A DNA stretch of 64,000 nucleotides, taken from NCBI GenBank assembly GCA_030141605.1, contig JAQGDQ010000632.1:58316-122315 (forward strand), read 5' to 3'. This stretch comes from Tubiluchus corallicola (Eukaryota; Animalia; Priapulida). Position numbers and translations under genes: made by a program. Below are positions 1-10,200 of the stretch, one piece after another (position 1 is the stretch's first letter; every line of letters starts with the position of its first letter). The notes beneath the pieces are model-generated. The model did not search any database, was not told where the DNA came from, and was given only the letters and a program-made list of their open reading frames with translations.

Positions 1-2
1 GT

Positions 3-3000
3 TCCGAGCCAGTTATGGTGCGAACATTAGAAGCAATTCCTGGAGAACCAAGGAGGATTCGTTTAGCAGCAGTAAATTCAACTACCGTGAAGGTAGAGTG
101 GCGACCTCCACTGAATGCAGAAAGAAATGGTATAATTCAGGGTTACAATATTCACATCCAAAAACTAGATTCACTAAATGGCAATCCTGTTGACATGCCT
201 ATGGTGGAAAGTGTTTCTGATGGCACAAAAGAAGAATTCTTCGTGACAGGACTAGTACCTGATAGCAGCTACAGCATTCAAGTAGCTGCTTACACACGTC
301 CAGGTGATGGCCCGAGAAGCAAAGCCAAGACAATAAAGATGCCTGGACAACCCCCAGATCCACCGCATCTTGATGTTAAACTGAAGTCAAGTAATAGCAT
401 GTTGAACGCTTTGGTGGAGTTTAGTAAACCAGAAACGACGTATGGGACTCTTGTGAGTTACCATATTACATATGGAAAAGAGGATCAAGAACCATTTGAA
501 ACTCTCGATGTGACAGCTGACAGTAACGTGCGTACACAGCGTCAGACCATTTACGATTTGGAGAAAAATTCTGTATACGAATTTAAAGTTTCTGCAAGCA
601 ACAGCTTTGGGACTAGCAAGGAGGCAGTGAAGAAACTGATGATTCCTGATGGTGTCACAAATAATTCTCCCCAGAATGTAGTTTACAAAATGGTGGCATA
701 TGATACTGCCCGACTTTCTTGGGATGCTCCTATAACTGAAGATGAAAATATCTCTTTGTACAGCATTGAATTTTCTAATGTTGGTCATCCCAAGGATAAA
801 ATTACCAGAAATGTAACAGATAATTTTATAATAATCGATGGTCTTGAGCCAGATAATGAGTATTCATTTATGGTGCAAGCATATGTGTTACATTTTCCGG
901 GACCATGGAGCAAAATATTGCACATACAAACACCAAGAGATGATTCTCTGAAGGCTCCACAATTGTCTTCCATTTCAGCAATTTCAACAAATTCAGTAGA
1001 AGTTGTGTGGACTCCTCTAAACTCTTCCTCCGTTACAAGATACATTGTTTATTACACCGGTGAAGTTGTTGATGACTTTAGCAAGTGGCACAAGAAAAAT
1101 ATAGATGGAGCTAAAGAATCTGTGCTCATTATTGACAGACTTATGCCTAGAGTGACCTACGCATTTCGTATTTGTGCAACATCGGAGACTAGTGTTGGAT
1201 TGCTATCTGAACCGTCATTCGTTTTTACTGATACCACAGTTAGAAAGCCAATACCTACTGTAGGTAAAGCAGCAATAAATGTGCCAGAATTTCATCAGAA
1301 GACGACAAATAACACCATTGAGGTTAAGTTATTTAAGGCAGCAGATGAAAATGGTGCAATCAACCATTACTTTATCATTGTTGTACCTGCTCAAGAAAAT
1401 AGAAGTGATCCTGAGGACATTCCCACATCGGAGCTCATGTATTATTCTAAGAATGTAAGCAATAATGGCCTGAAATATGTTCCAGACAATGTAGCTTATA
1501 TTGCTGCAAAATTTGATGTAGACAAATACCCAGAGTATTTCGAAATTGGTGATGGTTTTCACTATAATAACTTTTATAATAAGCCTCTGCAAGTTGGCTT
1601 GAAATACACAGTATTTGTTCGTGCTGTAATAGAATCACCTGGGGAAGAATTAGAGTTGTCTAGCCCATTTTCTGAAACTTTTGGGCTCAAGCTAGACGAT
1701 GGTACAACAATATTAGAGGTTCCTGATGACAAAACCATGCAAATTGCTGGCCCGATAATTGGAGTTTTGCTGTTTATTATTATTGCAGTACTTTTAGTGT
1801 TCTTGTATAAACGAGTTAAGCAAAACAAATTAAAATTACCAACCTCAAGTAATTTAGTGTATGCCGATCTTCCTTCTCATATGGATCCAGTTGAAATGAG
1901 GCGACTTAATTTTCAAACTCCAGGAATGATAAAGCATCCTCCTATCCCAATATCTGAATTGGCTGCTACCATAGAGTTGCTAAAGGAAAACGACAATGAA
2001 AGATTTTCACAGGAGTATGAGTCTATCGAAACTGGCCAACAATTTACCTGGGAACATTCAAATATGGAATATAATAAGCATAAGAACCGTTACGCTAATG
2101 TAATTGCTTATGATCACTCTCGGGTTGTTCTCTTGCCTGTTGAGGGAGAACTAGGCAGTGACTATATAAATGCCAATTTTTGTGACGGCTACAGAAAAAA
2201 GAATGCTTACATTTCCACCCAGGGTCCACTGCCTAACACTTTTGGAGACTTTTGGCGAATGATATGGGAGCAAAAAACATATAGTATTGTAATGATGACA
2301 AAACTTGAAGAGAGAACCCGTATAAAATGTGATCAGTACTGGCCAATCAGGGGAACAGAAACTTACGGTCCAATGCAAGTCACTATTATTGAAGTGACAG
2401 AGTTGGCTACTTACACGATACGTACTTTTATCTTATCAAGAGCAGACTCTCCTGAAAAACGAGAAGTGCGCCAGTTTCAGTTCACTGCTTGGCCTGATCA
2501 TGGTGTACCAGAATACCCTACTCCTGTCCTGGCATTGTTGAAACGAGTCCGAGCAATGACACCCTCAGATTCTGGGCCAGTAGTGGTTCATTGTAGTGCC
2601 GGTGTTGGTAGAACTGGTGCATTTATCATCATCGATGCCATGCTGGAACGTATCAGACATGACAGGACGGTGGATATTTACGGCCATGTAACATGTTTAC
2701 GTGCACAACGTAACTACATGGTTCAAACTGAGGATCAATACATTTTCATACATGAAGCTCTCTTAGAAGCTGTGACAAGTGGAAACACAGAAGTTCCTGC
2801 TAGGAGCCTTTATGGTCATTTACAAAAATTGACGCAACCGGAGCCAGGAGAAAACGTTACGGGCATGGAATTTGAATTTAAAAAATTAGCCAATATGAAA
2901 GTGCATTCTTCAAGATTTGTTAGTGCTAACTTACCAGTGAATAAGTTCAAGAATAGACTTGTCAACATACTTCCATTTGAAAGCGCTAGAGTCAACCTTC

Positions 3001-3680
3001 AGCCGATCAGAGGTGTAGAGGGTTCGGATTACATTAATGCTAGCTGGATTGATGGTTACAGATACAAAAATGCATACATTGCCACGCAGGGACCGTTGCC
3101 AGACACAACTGAAGATTTTTGGAGAATGTTGTGGGAGAATAACTGTACCATTGTTGTCATGCTCACAAAATTAAAGGAAATGGGAAGGGAGAAGTGCTAC
3201 CAGTACTGGCCAAGCTCTCGGTCTGCTCGATATCAGTACTTTGTTGTTGATCCTGTTGGAGAATACAACATGCCACAGTATATACTTAGGGAATTCAAGG
3301 TCACAGATGCCAGAGACGGCGAGTCGCACATGGTCCGGCAGTTCCAGTTTACAGACTGGCCAGAACAAGGTGTGCCCAAATCTGGTGAAGGCTTTATCGA
3401 CTTCATTGGTCAAGTCCACAAAACAAAAGATCAATTTGGCCAAGATGGACCAATCGCCATTCACTGTAGTGCAGGAGTTGGAAGAACTGGAGTGTTCATT
3501 ACACTGAGCATTGTTCTGGAGCGAATGCGGTACGAGGGCGTTGTCGACATGTTTCAGACAGTTAAAATGTTACGCACTCTTCGCCCGTGCATGGTTCAGA
3601 CAGAAGAGCAGTACCAGTTTTGTTACAAAGCAGCTTTGGAATATCTGGGCTCGTTTGATCACCTCATGATAAATTCATGA
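3..3680 (+). CDS. Lar: LAR-family (type IIa) receptor protein tyrosine phosphatase, 5'-truncated by the window edge; uninterrupted ORF
   Basis: FN3 repeats, TM helix IAGPIIGVLLFIIIAVLLVFLY (~1743-1808), D1 domain (KNRY, WPDHGVP, VHCSAGVGRTG), D2 domain (KNRL, WPEQGVP, HCSAGVGRTG), C-terminal YLGSFDH. The frame is open from base 3, so the Met at 15 is not the true start. Confidence 0.96.
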   Translation, partial: SEPVMVRTLEAIPGEPRRIRLAAVNSTTVKVEWRPPLNAERNGIIQGYNIHIQKLDSLNGNPVDMPMVESVSDGTKEEFFVTGLVPDSSYSIQVAAYTRPGDGPRSKAKTIKMPGQPPDPPHLDVKLKSSNSMLNALVEFSKPETTYGTLVSYHITYGKEDQEPFETLDVTADSNVRTQRQTIYDLEKNSVYEFKVSASNSFGTSKEAVKKLMIPDGVTNNSPQNVVYKMVAYDTARLSWDAPITEDENISLYSIEFSNVGHPKDKITRNVTDNFIIIDGLEPDNEYSFMVQAYVLHFPGPWSKILHIQTPRDDSLKAPQLSSISAISTNSVEVVWTPLNSSSVTRYIVYYTGEVVDDFSKWHKKNIDGAKESVLIIDRLMPRVTYAFRICATSETSVGLLSEPSFVFTDTTVRKPIPTVGKAAINVPEFHQKTTNNTIEVKLFKAADENGAINHYFIIVVPAQENRSDPEDIPTSELMYYSKNVSNNGLKYVPDNVAYIAAKFDVDKYPEYFEIGDGFHYNNFYNKPLQVGLKYTVFVRAVIESPGEELELSSPFSETFGLKLDDGTTILEVPDDKTMQIAGPIIGVLLFIIIAVLLVFLYKRVKQNKLKLPTSSNLVYADLPSHMDPVEMRRLNFQTPGMIKHPPIPISELAATIELLKENDNERFSQEYESIETGQQFTWEHSNMEYNKHKNRYANVIAYDHSRVVLLPVEGELGSDYINANFCDGYRKKNAYISTQGPLPNTFGDFWRMIWEQKTYSIVMMTKLEERTRIKCDQYWPIRGTETYGPMQVTIIEVTELATYTIRTFILSRADSPEKREVRQFQFTAWPDHGVPEYPTPVLALLKRVRAMTPSDSGPVVVHCSAGVGRTGAFIIIDAMLERIRHDRTVDIYGHVTCLRAQRNYMVQTEDQYIFIHEALLEAVTSGNTEVPARSLYGHLQKLTQPEPGENVTGMEFEFKKLANMKVHSSRFVSANLPVNKFKNRLVNILPFESARVNLQPIRGVEGSDYINASWIDGYRYKNAYIATQGPLPDTTEDFWRMLWENNCTIVVMLTKLKEMGREKCYQYWPSSRSARYQYFVVDPVGEYNMPQYILREFKVTDARDGESHMVRQFQFTDWPEQGVPKSGEGFIDFIGQVHKTKDQFGQDGPIAIHCSAGVGRTGVFITLSIVLERMRYEGVVDMFQTVKMLRTLRPCMVQTEEQYQFCYKAALEYLGSFDHLMINS

Positions 3681-5259
3681 TGTAGTAATGTCATAAGTAC
3701 ATGTGTTCTGAAAAAGAATTGCTTCTCATTTTCACAAAGTGTGTTGTGTGTGTGTTTAGCTTTAGTATTTTAATGATACCCATTTATCCCACCTATACAG
3801 GGAGGTTTGTTATCGTCAGACATATTAATTTGAGGTGTAAATGACATAGTTCTTACAACTAAGATAAACATTTTAAGAGCAAGTGCACACGTGTATGTGG
3901 GTAAATTGCTTATTTTCATAATAACAAAAATAAATGCTGACCTTTCTAAGAAGTTATAACTGTATCTGGGCTTATGAAATGGATTCTTGCTTTTGCACTG
4001 CTTTTTATCAGCTCTTTACATTATTTAGACAAAATTTATTTTCGTATGGTAAGTTTTACGTTGCTAGATCACTATTAACTGCATATTCGTGCTACTAATA
4101 TATTATTGTGCTATTTGTACTGCATTATAATTCTTAATTATGCTATATTAATTGTACAATGTAATTTTTAGCTTTGAAATTGTCGAAATTCTTTCAATAT
4201 GGTGCCAATGCATGTAGTATTACTCTTTTGCTTGCTTGCCAAACTAGTGTCTTGTGAGAAAGAACAAGTTTTGTATTTCACATTCAGTGCACATATCATT
4301 TTCTTATGTGATGTGAATTTATTGGGTTGCTAGGGTAGCTAAGGGAGTATGGTTCACACAACGTGTAAATATGTCATTTTTTTGTATAACGTCCTGATTA
4401 TTTGTAGTGATTTTTGTCTGTGGCTGTTGATGCAACACTTGAAGCGTTGCATCACTGTGTTGTACCATATACAGCTGCTGAATCTATTATTTGTTGTGAT
4501 TCTCTCAATTTGTACAATTTGGTAATTGGCACTATTTGGTAGGTTGTATACAGTTGTTTCATTGTTTTTATGTCTGGGTAATGCATACTACAAAATCTAC
4601 TTGTACAGTTGCACTGTGTATTTTAAGGAGATTAGCTATGAAATGGGGGTTTTCCTGTATTTTTTGTAACAATCAAAGTAGAATATTGTTCTGTAAAGAT
4701 ATGTTTTTCTGATTTGTTTATATCTTATTTTTTCATATTATTATTACAGACATTGTGCTGTTTTCTATATTTATGTATTATACATATTTTTCATTTTTAC
4801 TTTTGATTTTGGTTGTTAATCGTTGATTTTCAACCTTGATGCTTGTATGCTTGCTTAATTTTTGATGAATGAATCAAATGTGTGCCCTGCATTTATCTGT
4901 TACTCATGTGGCGTGTACAATGTCCCTGTAGAAGCTTAGTACAATTGTCCAGTTATGACAAATGTCCATTTAGTGTAGAAATTGGTGTTCTTTAATCCAA
5001 TTTGTAGCGATTTGTTGCGCAAAATAATTTCTTTCATCTTATTCTCTGTCTGTAGCTCATTTAGTACTTCTCCTTGTTGGTGATTTGCTAATCACTGCCA
5101 ATTAATTAAATCTATTTATGTCTTTGAAGTATTACTGTACAGTAGCTAAAATGTGCTTCACAGTTTCTGTGATTGGTAACCACAATGCGTTTGGATTTAA
5201 TTTGCATTACATTATTATTATTCTATCCTTTGGCACTCTGTATTACAGATCATGAAGGT

Positions 5260-5488
5260 AAGTACTCTGCCACTCTACTGTCATTTTTGTAGTCTTGAAG
5301 ACTGTCAGTGCTATCATCTGATATTACAACCTGTGTGAGCAAGTAGTCTGCTACTGACTGTCATTTTTGTAGTCTTGAAGATTGTCAGTGCTGTCATCTG
5401 ATTTTACAACTCGTGAAAGCAAGTACTCTGCTACTGACTGTCATTTTTGTAGTCTTGAAGACTGCAGTGCTGTCATCTGGTTTTACAG
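5260..5488. repeat. ~80-bp tandem repeat, ~2.8 copies, in the probable LAR 3' UTR
   Basis: aagtactctg...ctgtcatttttgtagtcttgaagactgtcagtgct unit starts at ~5260, 5341 and 5421. Confidence 0.9.
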
Positions 5489-6594
5489 TTTGTCGTTTTA
5501 TTTCATTGTGCCTTTATCGAATCTAAATAGTATTAATATGTGCTTTTGGATTTGATCCATTCCAGTATACGTCCGTCTACTGTGCCTTTTTATAATGAAC
5601 CACAGATCAAACAGCCGTGCCATTATATTTTATGTACTTATATGTATAAAAATAAACAGGCATTTGCTATTAATTTTATGGTTTTTCCTTGGTTAATTGT
5701 TGCTTCCATTAATTTTAGTAAAGTTTAGAGTCTTTTATGTCACCATTATGGTTGTGAATTGTATTTGCCTATTTGTTGTTGGGCAGTGATTTTGTAAATA
5801 ATTGACCAACATTTACCTCAGTTATTTGACAAAGTAAAAATTTAATTTGGCGTGCAAAATTGCATGGCAAATGCAGAACAAATAAATCTGCTGTTATAAG
5901 TTTTCAAGTTTAGCTATAACTTGAAAGGAGTAGGTGCCAATACACAGAAGCACGAGGCTTCAGCAAAACTGAATGAGGTGGGGCACCAACTGAGTGACCT
6001 CGTATGCCAAAGTTAAGCAACACCAATGCTGCCCACAGAATGGATAGGTGGCAAACTCAAATCCTGCTCCTAGAAGTTTATGTACCATACTGATTCTGAC
6101 TGTTTACCTTATACATGCATATATCTGAACATCATTAGCCTAAGACACCTCTGGCAGTTTAGGATTTCATCCTAGGGATTAGCCCTGAAATGGACCAGGC
6201 ATATCAAATTTATATCGTGTTTGTCACTAAATACTGCCTGCAAAGTACTAACATCTACAAAAAATAAACAAACCACTGTATTGGATTGCTTCACTACTAT
6301 GCTAGGCTAAACTAAGGCTAGTTTACACTTGCCAGCATGTTAGTTCATGTTTGTATCACATCTGGAGCTGGGTACAACTGGCTTTGAAACTGTTCAGTTA
6401 AGAGTTTCATGTCCGGAAGTTCCAAGATTATGTTAACTAATGATTATGGTGCCAAAATCACAGAGACTGGAATTGCTAAACAACACATTTGTCACATTAA
6501 CTTCAATGCTATTATTGTTGTAGTGTTAGTGCCGTTGTTGTGGTGTTAGTGCCTTGCCGAGATACAAGAGAATAAACTCCAGCGGCCAGCTCCG

Positions 6595-6693
6595 CCTTAT
6601 ATATCAGTGCAAAGGAACAATCTAGAAGTAGAAAGTTCTCGAAACTTCTACAAGGTAAGACTAAGAAGATTGTTCTATGGAATATTCCAGAAT
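6595..6693 (-). promoter_or_regulatory. Heat-shock elements plus TATA box, minus orientation
   Basis: aGAAagTTCtcGAAacTTCt at 6630-6649 (four perfect nGAAn units), gGAAtaTTCcaGAAt at 6679-6693, minus-strand TATATAAGG at 6603-6595. Confidence 0.6.
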
Positions 6694-7208
6694 AAATGAT
6701 GCAAATCGTATACAAATCGACTGCGCCTCTCAAGTCAAAAGGTTTCCCATGGTGTTTTTTATTACCAAACGAAAGCATGTGGAAAAGTGGAGATTTTGTG
6801 CTTGCATAATTGTCAGTAATAATATTTATCCTATAACCATTTATACGTGCATAGTATGGTATTTCGTAAAACGAAATTGGACGCACTGTAATAGAATAAA
6901 ATATTGGCAGTGATTTCAATTGTTTTGAAACTCAATGGAACATTTTTATTTCAAGTTAACTAACTGATACTCATACTAGGATTGTGCGGCCCAAATTTTC
7001 TGATAGTGTATTTCAAATTGACCTGGCCATGTCATTTTATACTTTTAAATGTTAAATCATCAGTGCATCAGCCTAAGATAATTGGGATTTGCCTTTGCAT
7101 TACATCTGTCGACAAGGCTTTTCACTTAGGTGAACTTAGATCGACTATAAAAATTCAAAAGAAAGAATAGAGTAGAAAGGAGCAGCATGTTAGTGATTTA
7201 ATAACGCA

Positions 7209-10200
7209 ATGGGAGTTCAGAACTTGTGGCAACTAGTACAACCTGTCGGTAGACCAGTAACGTTAGAGTCACTAGAAGGAAAAATCCTTGCAGTCGGTAT
7301 CCTTTTCCAGTTTTTTTATGTAATTTTCAGCAGAGAAATACAGCCCTAATCATAATCTGCATTCTAGCTTATTTAATTCTATTTTTTAATTTTATTTTTA
7401 GCAATACTTTTTGGACTTATACTTTAAATATCTGCGTGCAGTATGGCTAAAAATGGCTAAGACATTAAATAATGGCTAACAACTTAATTGCATTTTTCAG
7501 TACTTTCACATGCAAAATGATTACTGTTTTCATGAGACTACTTGTTGACGTATTTCTTCAGATCTTGCTGATATGCTTGCAGCTTTTTCATATTTTAAAT
7601 CATAACAGTGATCAGTATAACATCATCAGCTATTGAGTTACATGAATTTTCTTTAACACGACAATGTCAGATGTAAGCATATGGCTGAATCAAGCCATCA
7701 AGGGCATGAGAGACGGTCGTGGGAGTACTGTACACAATGCTCACATCGTCAGTTTATTTCATCGCGTCTGTAAGCTCCTCTTTTACAAGATTAAACCGGT
7801 GTTTGTATTTGACGGTGGTGTTCCGGAGCTTAAGAGACAAACATTGGTAACTGCGTTTGAAATTACAACTGTAACTGTGGCAGTAATACATCACTGCAGT
7901 GAAAGTATAAACTAATTCTTTTGTTGTTGTTGTGATGGTTGGAAGTAATTATTGGGTGATATAATTGGCAATTTAAATGTTAGTTGGTAATTTCCAACTC
8001 CTAGTTTAGCCTTGAAGTACAAGAAAATCCTCCACTGGTTTGCATCGGCAGTGCAACTGTGTATAAAACGTGTCAATTTAAACTCCCGCGATGACCGTTA
8101 GTTGCAGTCATTTTAATGGTAGGAAAAAAGTTTGAAAAAATAGTCAGAGCATTCGTAGCATACATGTTGCTAATTAAGTAAAATTTTAAATTACTGTATC
8201 TTGTCAATAAGATTGAAAATACGTTTTTGGCTAGTGAGCGGCACACCTTGGAAGGTGAGTCAGCGACATTTTACCAATTGGCACGAACACATTAAAATTT
8301 ATTAGTCTAGTTACATAAGTCTTTCCAGCAGGTATGTGAAATGCCAAGTAATACACAGGTGTGCACGGAAAGTTTTCTGAAACATAATTTTACATTGCCT
8401 TTTCTTCCCCTGATTTACGTGGCGTAATGACGTCATGTAATGGTGCCATCGAAACAGTATTGCTGGAGATTTAAAATGAAAACAAATGAAAATTCCTTTC
8501 AACGCGAATGCGATATGTGGATAAAATTACTGTAGAGTATTATAATTTTTTAAGGCAATTTTTCTGAAATCTACTTCAGGTGCCCCTTTTCTTGTCCTTT
8601 AAATTAAGCAGATTCTAGATATAACAATTTCTTCAGCAGCTGTAATGTCTTGGTGCTGTGTTTGTAAAGTTTTCAAAGCCCACATTGGGACCGAAGTGCC
8701 TTGTCATGAAATTTATTTGTAGAATTAAGATGTAGACCTGATGAATTCTCAACTTTCACGTAGAATATTTCATATTTACTGAATTTGCAAAAACTAACAA
8801 GCGATGCAGATTGTTTACCAGCAGGTCACTCATCAAATTCAGTTCTGTAGATCATTCAGCCAAGCTGAATCAAACTACCGTATTTTCCCATGTATAAGAG
8901 ACCCTTTTTTGCTCAGAATTTTCACTTTAAAAATAGGGGGTCTCTTATACATGGGAGTATACAGCTGGGTCCTCAAGGCATGGAATGGTGTAAAGCCAGA
9001 GGTCATTATTAAATCCTTCAAGAAGTGTGGCATCTCCAATGCCATGGACGGCACAGAGGACAATGCCATTTTTGAGCAGAGTGACTCCTCTGATGATGAA
9101 CTGGCTGGAATTGCTGAAGGTCTGACTCCAGTTGATATTTTTGATGAGAGTGATGAGGAATTTAATGATTTCTATGATGAATAAAGTTATTCATTACCAA
9201 AAAACTTTTTTCCAGAATTTTTGCCTAAAAATTGAAGGGGTCTCTTATACACAAGGGTCTCTTATACATGGGAAAATACGGTATAACTTGAAGTAGGGAT
9301 TTATGTTAACTAGATTTTTCCAGATGAAATCTTAGATAATGATAACGGATCACAACAAATATGTAAATAAAGCAGTTAAGCCAAGGTGTTTCATTTACAG
9401 GTTTCCAGATTTAAAAAATTCACCTGTCGTTATGCAAGTTTTTGTATACTTGATTTTCTAAAAAATTTCATTTGTGGTAGATCAGTCGTAAGGCAAAGTA
9501 TAGTACGGTAAACTCCGCGTAACTCAAAGTTTCGCCTAACCCAAAGAATTTCAGCGGAACGGACGAAATCCTTCGTTTTCCCCCAAGAGAAATATCGCTT
9601 AACTCAAAATTTCACCTAACTCAAATAAAAATAAAATTATGGTCCATTTAATCAAAATACATGTAATTTACTTCGCCCAACTCAAGAATGCGATTTATAC
9701 TTGAAAATTCTGATGTCTTACAAGTCGACCCCCCTCCCCGAGCATTTCTCCGGGATTGGTCTGTCCGTATTGTGTGCTTGTCCTTTTGTAACTTAAAAAA
9801 ATCGTGTTTCATTACGTAGTTTATTATTCTTTATGTAATTGTCATCAAATCTCGTCATAATTTATGCGTAGAAGGATTGTCTTTCTGCCTTCTATTTAGC
9901 TCGCCACAAGGAGGAGGAGTTTAGAGCTTCTACGCTGGAAAACGGTCAACATCGCTTAACTCAAAATATCACCTACCGTATATACTCGCATATAAGCCTA
10001 CATCACATATAAGCCGTCCCCCTAAAACTGCTTTAAAATGGCCAGTTTTTGCAAAAACCCGTATATAAGCCGACCATCAACTTGTCTAATTTTACTCCTT
10101 ACCCAGTCAACAAAATTGATCCCTTTTTGTCACATTTTGTTAATTGGGTATTTTTGGTTCATAGAAATTTTTTACTATAAAGATGTAAAATGCTTACTTT

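Noticed and set aside
1430-1500. Missing polybasic furin site in the LAR ectodomain
   Set aside because: As I recall, insect Lar also lacks it, so it is not distinctive.
387-3507. Short ORFs overlapping LAR on other frames or strands
   Set aside because: Shadows of the real CDS with no recognisable motifs.
6512-6919. 135-aa minus-strand ORF as the heat-shock target
   Set aside because: It runs through the HSE/TATA itself, starts at TTG and has no HSP similarity.
8804-9184. 126-aa ORF as a host gene or XPG exon
   Set aside because: It lies mostly within a TIR-bounded pogo derivative and is only a transposase tail.
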